Source of the DNA: an uncultured Gemmatimonadota bacterium | GTDB taxonomy: Bacteria > JAAXHH01 | Assembly: GCA_951812955.1 (NCBI GenBank) | Contig: OX638340.1 | Coordinates: forward strand, 1,184,001 to 1,248,000 | Direction of reading: 5' to 3' | DNA length: 64,000 nt | Shown: piece by piece, positions 1 through 7,573 of the stretch | How the letters are laid out: each line of letters starts with the position of its first letter | Position numbering within the stretch: the first letter of the stretch is position 1 | The notes under the pieces: generated by a model | Seen by the model: only the letters and a program-made list of their open reading frames with translations | Told to the model about the DNA's origin: nothing | Databases searched by the model: none | Translations under genes and position numbers: made by a program

Positions 1-1
1 G

Positions 2-178
2 GAAGGCGAAAGCGCTACCGTTGTGTTTGAAACCGACCAGGTATCCTACGGCGATCAGATCTTGTTACGAACTATAGATAAACGTGCCTTTGTTGTTGAA
101 GGCAAGTTCATTATAGATCGAGATGGGCCTATAACAGTAAGACAATTACAAACGGGGCGACCCTTCAAGCCACAGTAT
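2..178 (+). CDS. 3' end of an unidentified CDS running in from upstream of the window
   Basis: Open frame from position 2 to TAA at 176-178 (…VSYGDQILLRTIDKRAFVVEGKFIIDRDGPITVRQLQTGRPFKPQY*). GC is lower than the neighbouring sequence. No recognisable family. Confidence 0.25.
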
Positions 179-612
179 TAAGTCGTAACATCATTTGCTC
201 GAACGCGGCCGGTGGTGTGTAGCCTAACACTGATGGTAGATCGGACCACATGACAAAGAACCCGGTCTTCGTCGGTGATCCACTCGCTCCAGGACCCCGG
301 ATAGAGCACGGCGTCACCCAGGCCCGCGTGGGCAATGGCGAGCAGGTTGTGGCAGGCCGAGACCCCTGAACCGCAGTAGTTTATGGCGCGCTCCACGGGG
401 ATACCTGCGAGCAAACCCTCGTATCTCTGCCTCAGTTCCTCAGGCGCCCGAAAGCATCCGTCTTCCCCGAGATTCTCATCGAAAGACGCGCACCGCGTCG
501 ACCATTGAGAACCGCGCGTCGATCACGCGCCAGTCCGGATCCCGGTGATGGCGGTGCAGCGTCTGAACGTCGATCAGCGTGGTTTGCATGGCCGATCCAC
601 GTGCCGGTGTAT
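178..612 (-). pseudogene. Rhodanese-domain sulfurtransferase, degraded (two in-frame TGA codons upstream of the intact C-terminal part)
   Basis: The 178..414 ORF has the rhodanese active-site loop and tail (…AINYCGSGVSACHNLLAIAHAGLGDAVLYPGSWSEW). Extending the same frame upstream gives rhodanese-like sequence (FDENLGEDGCFRAPEELRQRY; GIRTGA resembles GHIPGA). It is broken by TGA at 523-525 and 574-576, and the N-terminal region abuts an IS remnant. Confidence 0.5.
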
Positions 613-720
613 TCAGGCTTCTTTACCCGTTCTCTTCGTATGTGAATTGGGAGGTAGCAATATCACTATACTGATGTTACCCCGTTTTCGTGGATGGTTT
701 ACCATTTGGGATTCAGGCAG

Positions 721-1208
721 TTATCTTGAACCTCCTTTCGAAGTATATAGGTGAGAGGTATCCCCAAGGGAAGAGTGCCTTCTCCGGGTGTTGTAGAAGC
801 CCGCGATGCACTGGAACTGGGCGAGTCTGGCGTCGGCCCTGGTTCCAAAGCACTTGCGATCGAGCAGTCCGCATTCCAGGCTGGTGAAGAAGCCCTCGCA
901 CAGGGTATTGTCGTAGCAGTCGCCGACCGAACCCATCGAGGGTCTGACCGCGGCCTGCCTGCATTGATTGCCAATGGCCATCTGGGTGTATTGCAATCCC
1001 TGGCCGCTGTGGTGGATCACCGCGTGGGGTCTGTGCATTCCAAAAGGGTCATGCCGAGGGCGTCTGTGACCAGTTCGCTTCGCAGGTGGTTGGGTATGGG
1101 CCAACGCTTCTCAGGCTGCGGCCGGAACGTACGAGGTCGACCATCTGCTGGCGGAAGGCTGCCAGACAGGGGCCATGTAATTCGGGCAGGGCACGCTCCT
1201 TTCAACAA
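721..1208 (-). mobile_element. IS3-family transposase (OrfB, DDE/rve integrase core) remnant, frameshifted and truncated
   Basis: ORF 721..1104 encodes …VIHHSGQGLQYTQ…MGSVGDCYDNTLCEGFFTSLECGLL…FYNTRRRHSSLG, the conserved C-terminal motifs of IS3 OrfB. The upstream ORF 1017..1208 in another frame carries LRSELVTDALGMTL, which precedes the 'HSDRGSQY' region in IS3 transposases. No intact OrfA or full-length OrfB. Confidence 0.6.
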
Positions 1209-1516
1209 AAGAAGTTACATGTCCACTAAACCGGGTAAACTCCACCCAATTGGGGTCTTTAATCCCGGTCAAGTTTCTCAGGTTCCAGACCGTTCCCCAA
1301 ACAATTACTTGACGTTAAAAGCTTGCGAACAGTACTATGCAGTTAATCGTACGACTATATCCCCAACAAAGCTGGCAGTATTACCGGCCAACCTACTCTG
1401 TACGGCATTCAATTCGGCTGGATCATCAAATCTAGACCGAAATCTGAAAACGTCAACTTGGCTGATACACATGTTCGGTATCAGCGCCAATTCAACGGAA
1501 TCATGGGAGGCATGAT

Positions 1517-2752
1517 ATGAAATGGCTTATCGGAACAACGGTTGTAGCGTTGTTTCTCACACTGACCGTCGCGTGCGCAAACATGGAAGTGGCTGAGCAG
1601 ACCGATGAAGTGGCCGAAGAGACCGCCTCCGACGCCGTGATGGCGCCGGTATTCGAGGTGGATCCCATGTGGCCGAAGCCGCTTCCCAACCACTGGATCC
1701 TAGGTTCCGCCATCGGCGTGACCGTCGACTCCAACGACAACATCTGGATCATACACCGGGGCAACGGTAATCCGAATACGGAACTGGGCGCCGCGCAGGA
1801 TCCACCCGTGGCCGAATGCTGCATTCCCGCTCCGCCCGTACTCCAATTCAGTCCCGAAGGCGATCTATTGAACCACTGGGGTGGACCGGGTGAAGGATAC
1901 GACTGGCCCGGATCGAATCACGGCATAACCGTAGACCCGATGGGCAATCTGTGGATAGGGGGCAACGGGGGTGACGACGCCCATATCCTGGTCTTCGCAC
2001 AGGACGGCACCTTCCTGAAGCAGTTCGGTTCCCCGGGCGCACGACGGGCCGAATCGTTTGACGAGGCGGACCCGTCATGGTCCGGCAACAGCATGGATCC
2101 CGGGAATTTCGGGCGGGTGGCCAAGATTTCCTTCGACGCCAGCGCGAACGAGGCCTACGTAGCGGACGGCTACCTGAACAAGCGGGTCGCGGTGCTCGAC
2201 ATCGAGACAGGAACCCTGAAGAGGTATTGGGGCGCTTACGGCAACGAGCCGGACGATGCCGATATCGGGCGGTATGATCCGGAAGCTCCGCCTGCCCAGC
2301 AGTTCCGCAATCCAGTCCACGCCGCCGATCCTTCAAACGACGGTCTCGTCTACGTCTGCGACCGCCCGAACAACCGTATCCAGGTATTCCGGACGGATGG
2401 AACCTTCGTGCAGGAGAAAGTCCTCTCCGTCAACACGCTGGGCGCCGGGTCTACCTGGGACGTTGCCTTCTCAAAGGATTCCGAACAAAAGTACGTCTAC
2501 GTGGCCGACGGACAGAATATGAAGGTATACGTGTTGCTCCGGGAGACGATGGAAGTTCTGACCACATTTGGAGCCGGCGGCCGTCAGCCCGGCCAGTTCT
2601 TCGGTACGCACAGCATCGCGACCGATTCGAAGGGCAATATCTACACCACCGAGACCTACGAAGGCAAGCGCGTCCAGAAGTTCACCTACATGGGTGAGGG
2701 CCCTGTCGAGCAAAAAGACCAGGGCGTCATATGGCCTGCCGCATCCCGGTAG
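1517..2752 (+). CDS. NHL-repeat (six-bladed beta-propeller) lipoprotein
   Basis: Signal peptide with lipobox (LTLTVAC). Repeated NHL-like motifs: YVADGYLNKRVAVLD, VYVCDRPNNRIQVFRTDGTF, VYVADGQNMKVYVL, NIYTTETYEGKRVQKF. Confidence 0.7.
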   Translation: MKWLIGTTVVALFLTLTVACANMEVAEQTDEVAEETASDAVMAPVFEVDPMWPKPLPNHWILGSAIGVTVDSNDNIWIIHRGNGNPNTELGAAQDPPVAECCIPAPPVLQFSPEGDLLNHWGGPGEGYDWPGSNHGITVDPMGNLWIGGNGGDDAHILVFAQDGTFLKQFGSPGARRAESFDEADPSWSGNSMDPGNFGRVAKISFDASANEAYVADGYLNKRVAVLDIETGTLKRYWGAYGNEPDDADIGRYDPEAPPAQQFRNPVHAADPSNDGLVYVCDRPNNRIQVFRTDGTFVQEKVLSVNTLGAGSTWDVAFSKDSEQKYVYVADGQNMKVYVLLRETMEVLTTFGAGGRQPGQFFGTHSIATDSKGNIYTTETYEGKRVQKFTYMGEGPVEQKDQGVIWPAASR

Positions 2753-4128
2753 GAAGGGCCGACGGGGTTTCCCCTCTCCAGGGACGCAGGACGGCGACCA
2801 GCCCGGTTGCCGTCCGCGTCCTGCTGTATCTTGCCTTCACCGGAATCGCGGCCGCCGTATCGTTAACCGGTGCATACGGCCATGACATCCCCAGTGACAT
2901 AACTGTTCGAGCTTTCGTCAAGCCGGAAGGCCAGCGTCTCAGGATGCTCGTGCGCGTACCGCTCGAAGCCATGCTCGACGTGACGTTTCCCCTGTCCGGT
3001 CCCGGCTACCTGGATCTCGCCCGGGCCGACGAATCCCTGAACAACGCGGCCATGCTCTGGATCGGGCAGGAGGTGTCGATTTACGAAAACGGCTCGCGCC
3101 TCTCCTTGCCCGAACTCGCGGCCGTCAGGGCCTCTCTCCCTTCCGACCCATCCTTCCGAACGTACGAATCCGCACTGGCCTCCACCCTTGGACCGCCGCT
3201 TCCTGAAGGCACACAGGTCTATTGGCAACAGGTAATGCTGGATGTGCTGTTCGAATACCGGATCACATCGGACCGGTCGGAGTTTTCAATCCTGCCCGGC
3301 CTGGAAAGACTGGGGATGCGGGTCTCGACGGTACTGCGCTTCCTGCCCGCCGCCGGTGGCGAACGTATCTACCAGTTCACAGGGAATCCCGGCCGTATCA
3401 TGCTCGATCCCCGGTGGCACCAGGCCGCGTTTCGCTTCGTGTGGCAGGGTTTCACCCACATCCTCGACGGCATGGACCACCTCCTGTTCCTGCTGTGCCT
3501 GGTTATCCCCTTTCAAAGGCTGCGCGTACTCGTGATCCTCGTCACCGCCTTCACGATCGCGCACTCGATAACGCTGATCTCTGCCACGCTGGGTCTGACG
3601 CCCGCCGCCCTCTGGTTCGTCCCGCTCGTTGAAACGGTGATCGCGGCCTCTATCGTGTACATGGCGCTGGAGAACATCGTCGCGCCCGGACTGCGCCGGC
3701 GCTGGATGGCCGTGTTCGGATTCGGACTCGTACACGGCTTCGGTTTCGCCTCCGCGCTCCGGGACATGCTGCCCTTCGGCGGGACCCACCTTTTGACCTC
3801 GCTGCTGGCGTTCAACGTGGGCGTCGAACTCGGCCAGCTGCTGGTGATCCTGGTCTGCGTTCCTATACTGAGGGTACTCTACAGGTACATCCCGGGTGAG
3901 GGGACCGGAAGGGCCAGGCCGGTCGGCGCCATCATTCTCTCAGTACTCGTGGGGCATACGGCTTGGCATTGGCTGGTGGAACGAGGCGGAACGCTGTGGG
4001 AATTCGATGTGATGTCCACGTCGCCGGACGGCGCGCTCTATGGGGTGGCGGGACTCCTGGCCCTGATGCTGGTCATCGCCGCACTGGCCGGCTGGGCGCT
4101 TACCCGTCCTGGCCGTCCGCTCGAATGA
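2731..4128 (+). CDS. HupE/UreJ-family membrane protein with an extra N-terminal periplasmic domain
   Basis: The C-terminal half is polytopic and carries HILDGMDHLLFLLCLVIPF, AFTIAHSITL and HGFGFASAL motifs typical of the HupE/UreJ_2 family. A signal-peptide-like segment follows residue ~25. The true start is probably downstream of 2731, since the ORF overlaps the preceding gene. Confidence 0.6.
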   Translation: MACRIPVGRADGVSPLQGRRTATSPVAVRVLLYLAFTGIAAAVSLTGAYGHDIPSDITVRAFVKPEGQRLRMLVRVPLEAMLDVTFPLSGPGYLDLARADESLNNAAMLWIGQEVSIYENGSRLSLPELAAVRASLPSDPSFRTYESALASTLGPPLPEGTQVYWQQVMLDVLFEYRITSDRSEFSILPGLERLGMRVSTVLRFLPAAGGERIYQFTGNPGRIMLDPRWHQAAFRFVWQGFTHILDGMDHLLFLLCLVIPFQRLRVLVILVTAFTIAHSITLISATLGLTPAALWFVPLVETVIAASIVYMALENIVAPGLRRRWMAVFGFGLVHGFGFASALRDMLPFGGTHLLTSLLAFNVGVELGQLLVILVCVPILRVLYRYIPGEGTGRARPVGAIILSVLVGHTAWHWLVERGGTLWEFDVMSTSPDGALYGVAGLLALMLVIAALAGWALTRPGRPLE

Positions 4129-4699
4129 AGGTCTCGGATAACGCGAATACGCAGGAGCTGCGCTCTCCGCCCAGGCTGGGCTTCCAGATATCGACTTCGT
4201 AGGGATCACCGGCAATCAGATGCCCGTTTAACATGACCTGCGCGGAATGGGCGAAGAACAGGACGGAGAAAACGTCCCATCCTTCCCTGAGTTTCGGCGA
4301 CGGCGCTTCGAGCAGTTCAGGGGACTGCAGGTCGCTCCAGCGGGCAATCACCTGGTCATTGCCCGAGTCGATCGTCCAGGCTGGCGCGTCGAGTACGTTC
4401 CCGCTCCGTGTGAAGGTTGCCTGCCTGATTTCCAATTCCATGTCGTACATGCCGCCCCGGCCGCTCATCCATTCCTGAATGAACGCCGCCATCTCCGGGT
4501 TGTCGGTGCAGATCCCCCGGTACGGTGATCCACCTCCGATCAGGACGAAGGCCACGTTTCCTTCACCGGCCGAACTGTAGTGCGAATGCCAGAGGCTGAC
4601 CATGCCGCTGTTTTCGTCTGCGCCGGGAGGACGCACGTAGTTGATCCAGTGCTGCCCAGTCCAGAACAGCCTACCCGGGTTTACCAGGGACCTTTCCAT
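4100..4699 (-). CDS. Hypothetical protein (199 aa)
   Basis: Long ORF at host-typical GC with no recognisable motif. Its 3' end overlaps the convergent HupE-family gene by ~29 nt. Confidence 0.45.
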   Translation of the reverse strand: MERSLVNPGRLFWTGQHWINYVRPPGADENSGMVSLWHSHYSSAGEGNVAFVLIGGGSPYRGICTDNPEMAAFIQEWMSGRGGMYDMELEIRQATFTRSGNVLDAPAWTIDSGNDQVIARWSDLQSPELLEAPSPKLREGWDVFSVLFFAHSAQVMLNGHLIAGDPYEVDIWKPSLGGERSSCVFALSETFIRADGQDG

Positions 4700-4768
4700 T
4701 CGTTCACTCCGATCCGTTTTGTCCGTTGTGCCCGCCTTCGTCCCGCTATCCCAATCGGTTTAAACTGG

Positions 4769-4870
4769 CCGGCGCGGTCCCTTGCGTCAAGCGCGAACTG
4801 TGCGACCGGACGGCGCGGAACTTTCCGTCATGCGCAAACTGTCCGACTGGACGGCGCGGTCCCTGCGCAA
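4769..4870. repeat. Intergenic GC-rich repeat cluster upstream of tatA
   Basis: Two 28-nt near-identical direct copies: gcgcgaactgtgcgaccggacggcgcgg (4791-4818) and gcgcaaactgtccgactggacggcgcgg (4832-4859). ggcgcggtccc(t)tgcg occurs at 4771-4785 and 4853-4867, and acggcgcgg recurs three times. Confidence 0.6.
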
Positions 4871-5013
4871 GGCTTCTCCGCATTATTCGCTTGCCCGGTA
4901 ACGGCCCGTCCTGTACATTTTCTGCATCCCGCTTTCCTTTCGGGGAGGGACCCCGATACCCGGCCTGTTCGAACAGACGGATCATCGTATTATCATCCCA
5001 GGAGCGCAGCGAC

Positions 5014-5244
5014 ATGATCGGCGATATCGGCATGCAGGAACTGATGGTGATCTTCCTGATCGTACTGCTCCTGTTCGGTGCGGACCGGATTCCTTCTCTT
5101 GCGAGGGGACTGGGTAAAGGTGTGCGGGAATTCAAGCGGGTCGTAAACAATGCGAATACTGAAATCCAACGCGCAATCGACATCGACGAAAAGGAACCGC
5201 CTCCTCGAAAGCCTCCGCCGACAAAGGAATTGGATCGGTCATAG
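5014..5244 (+). CDS. tatA: Twin-arginine translocase subunit TatA/E
   Basis: MIGDIGMQELMVIFLIVLLLFGADRIPSLARGLGKGVREFKRV aligns with the TatA N-terminal transmembrane helix plus amphipathic helix (FG…G..G..I..FK motif). GGAG RBS at 5001-5004. Confidence 0.8.
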   Translation: MIGDIGMQELMVIFLIVLLLFGADRIPSLARGLGKGVREFKRVVNNANTEIQRAIDIDEKEPPPRKPPPTKELDRS

Positions 5245-5307
5245 GGCAACTTTACGATAGACCTGTCGAATGGGCGTGCCGGCCGGTTGGCGGTGCGCCC
5301 GTTTTGC

Positions 5308-6675
5308 ATGATCCGAAGTCTGCAGCGCTTTCCACGAATTATGGACATGTCCACAGCTGCCCTTCGTAACGATGTCAGATGCATATTCGACGCAGCGCTA
5401 GAGGCCGTAGATCCAGCGGAGGCGATCCGGCGTCATGTCGTGCGAAAGGGGAACCGCCTGGAAGTCGGCGGCATTTCCTGCGACCTGGACTGGTTCGACC
5501 ACGTATACGTCGTCGGCGCCGGCAAAGCGGGTTCCGTGATGGCCGGCGCCATGGAATCGATTCTCGGAGACCGGCTTACCGGGGGCGTCGTCAACGTCAA
5601 ATACGGCCATACATCGCCTCTGCGTCGCGTGGAATTGGTCGAAGCGGGACATCCCATACCCGACGCGGCCGGGGTGGCCGGTACGAAAACGATCGTCGGA
5701 CTCCTGGAGCAACTCGACGAAGAGGATCTTGTATTCTGTCTGCTTTCTGGTGGGGGATCCGCGCTCCTGCCGTTGCCGGCCGAAGGGGTGACGCTGGAGG
5801 AAAAACAGGCGGTCACGGGCCTGCTGCTGCAATGCGGTGCGACGATCAACGAGACCAACACGGTTCGCAAGCATATCTCGCAGGTAAAGGGTGGACAGTT
5901 GGCCAGACTGGCATCGCCCGCGCGATTGGTGAGCCTGGTGCTTTCGGACGTCATCGGAGATCCGCTCGACATCATCGCGTCGGGCCCCACGGTACCGGAC
6001 GCGAGCACCTATTCCGATTGCATGTCGATTCTGAATAGATATGGCCTGGAGGATGAACTTCCCGATTCGGTGCTAAGCCACTTAAATGCGGGGGTGAAAG
6101 GAACCGAACCTGAAACTCCGGACCCTGGAGACCGGGTCTTCGATCGAACGCATACCGTACTGATCGCCAACAATCGACAGGCGCTCGAATCCGCCCGGAC
6201 CGAGGCAAGTAAAAGGGGCTATAGTCCGCTCGTGCTGTCCAGTTCGATCGATGGAGAGACCCGCGAGATCGCTCGTGTCTACGCGGCCATGGCCCGCGAA
6301 ATCGAACGCCATGGGGATCCTGTCCGGAGTCCGGCATGCGTGATTTCCGGTGGCGAGACCACGGTAACGCTTAAAGGAGACGGAAAGGGCGGACGAAACC
6401 AGGAATTCGTGCTGGCCGCCGTTTCCGGAATCGAAGGACTGGAAAGAACCGTCGTGTTCAGCGCAGGCACGGACGGTACGGACGGTCCAACCGACGCCGC
6501 CGGTGCGGTGGCGGATGGCCGGACGATGGCACGGGCCGCCGAAAAGGGGCTGGACGCCGATGCAAGCCTGGACAACAACGACGCCTATCACTTTTTTGAG
6601 CCGCTGGGCGATCTCGTCATTACAGGACCAACGCATACGAATGTAATGGACCTGCGCCTGTTACTCGTCGGTTAA
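5308..6675 (+). CDS. Glycerate 2-kinase (MOFRL / DUF4147 family)
   Basis: VYVVGAGKAGSVMAGAMESIL, GHPIPDAAGVAGTKTIV and LLSGGGSALLPLP are hallmark motifs of GckA/TtuD-type glycerate kinases. Start is ambiguous (TTG 5287, ATG 5308, ATG 5341). Confidence 0.8.
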   Translation: MIRSLQRFPRIMDMSTAALRNDVRCIFDAALEAVDPAEAIRRHVVRKGNRLEVGGISCDLDWFDHVYVVGAGKAGSVMAGAMESILGDRLTGGVVNVKYGHTSPLRRVELVEAGHPIPDAAGVAGTKTIVGLLEQLDEEDLVFCLLSGGGSALLPLPAEGVTLEEKQAVTGLLLQCGATINETNTVRKHISQVKGGQLARLASPARLVSLVLSDVIGDPLDIIASGPTVPDASTYSDCMSILNRYGLEDELPDSVLSHLNAGVKGTEPETPDPGDRVFDRTHTVLIANNRQALESARTEASKRGYSPLVLSSSIDGETREIARVYAAMAREIERHGDPVRSPACVISGGETTVTLKGDGKGGRNQEFVLAAVSGIEGLERTVVFSAGTDGTDGPTDAAGAVADGRTMARAAEKGLDADASLDNNDAYHFFEPLGDLVITGPTHTNVMDLRLLLVG

Positions 6676-6701
6676 GGACCTGAAAAAGGCTGGAGCCGGA
6701 T

Positions 6702-7508
6702 ATGATGACCGAAGCGCAGAGATACCTGTTCGACCTGACCGGCTATCTACACCTGGAAGGCGCGCTCGGCGAATCGGATCTCTCCGAGGCCCGCGCCGCC
6801 GCGGAGCGGTATATCCAAACACCTCCTGAAGATCTCCCGCTGGACTTCGGAAGCAGGGACGGTCGCATTTACGATAACGGGTTCGCTTTCGACAAGTCGC
6901 TGGAGCGGCTGATCTTCCAGCCGAGTTACTGGCCCATCGTGAAGGAGTTTACATCTGGAAAGCCCCGCTTCGTCCGAGGTTCAATGCTCGTGAACCAGGC
7001 GGGCGGCGTCGTAGACGCTGGGTCGCTCCACTGCGCGCGGGAATCCTATGGATGGCAGAGCACGCGCTACGAATGCCGGGACGGCCGCATCTACTGTGAT
7101 GACTTCGTCATTTTCACCTATCTCACCGATGTAAATCCCGGCGACGGCGGACTCGTCGTCGTGCCCGGGTCCCACAAGTGCAATTTCGACCGGCCCGATG
7201 CGATCTTCAACGGGGGTGACCTGGGAGATGACGCGCCGCCCGGCACGATCAACGTCACGCCCCGGGCGGGAGACGCGGTGATCATTTCCGAACTGCTCAC
7301 ACATGGCACGCTCAGGTGGAAGCCGACCGACCGGAGGCGTATCGTGCTCGTGCTCAGGTACGCACCGCAGTACAACGGCGGGGGACCGTGGACGACGGAT
7401 ACCCTGAAAACCCGGTTGTCGCCGGAAACCAATGAATTGATGGCCCTTGCCTCGTATACTGAAATCAAGGATGTAGCGCGCAGGGACGTGGTCACGTTGA
7501 CGGTGTAA
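6702..7508 (+). CDS. Phytanoyl-CoA dioxygenase (PhyH)-family Fe(II)/2-oxoglutarate oxygenase
   Basis: N-terminal MMTEAQRYLFDLTGYLHLEG, the PhyH-family signature also seen in the 48948 and 49775 paralogs. Carries NPGDGGL…VPGSHK, the HxD-containing core. Confidence 0.8.
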   Translation: MMTEAQRYLFDLTGYLHLEGALGESDLSEARAAAERYIQTPPEDLPLDFGSRDGRIYDNGFAFDKSLERLIFQPSYWPIVKEFTSGKPRFVRGSMLVNQAGGVVDAGSLHCARESYGWQSTRYECRDGRIYCDDFVIFTYLTDVNPGDGGLVVVPGSHKCNFDRPDAIFNGGDLGDDAPPGTINVTPRAGDAVIISELLTHGTLRWKPTDRRRIVLVLRYAPQYNGGGPWTTDTLKTRLSPETNELMALASYTEIKDVARRDVVTLTV

Positions 7509-7573
7509 CCCGCCTGCATTTCGGAATCAGAAACTACCAGGCATAGGCCCGGTATATCGTAAAGGCAAGGTAC

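Noticed and set aside
523-576. Two in-frame TGA codons in the rhodanese-like gene, considered as possible selenocysteine codons
   Set aside because: There are two stops 51 nt apart at non-catalytic positions, the active-site residue is a normal Cys, and the gene abuts an IS remnant, so degradation is more parsimonious.
751-1515. 254-aa ORF on the + strand
   Set aside because: It runs antisense across the IS3 transposase remnant, has no motifs and high-GC codon drift, and is most likely spurious.
5379-6038. Overlapping Arg-rich ORFs across the glycerate kinase gene
   Set aside because: They are alternative-frame artefacts of a GC-rich coding region.
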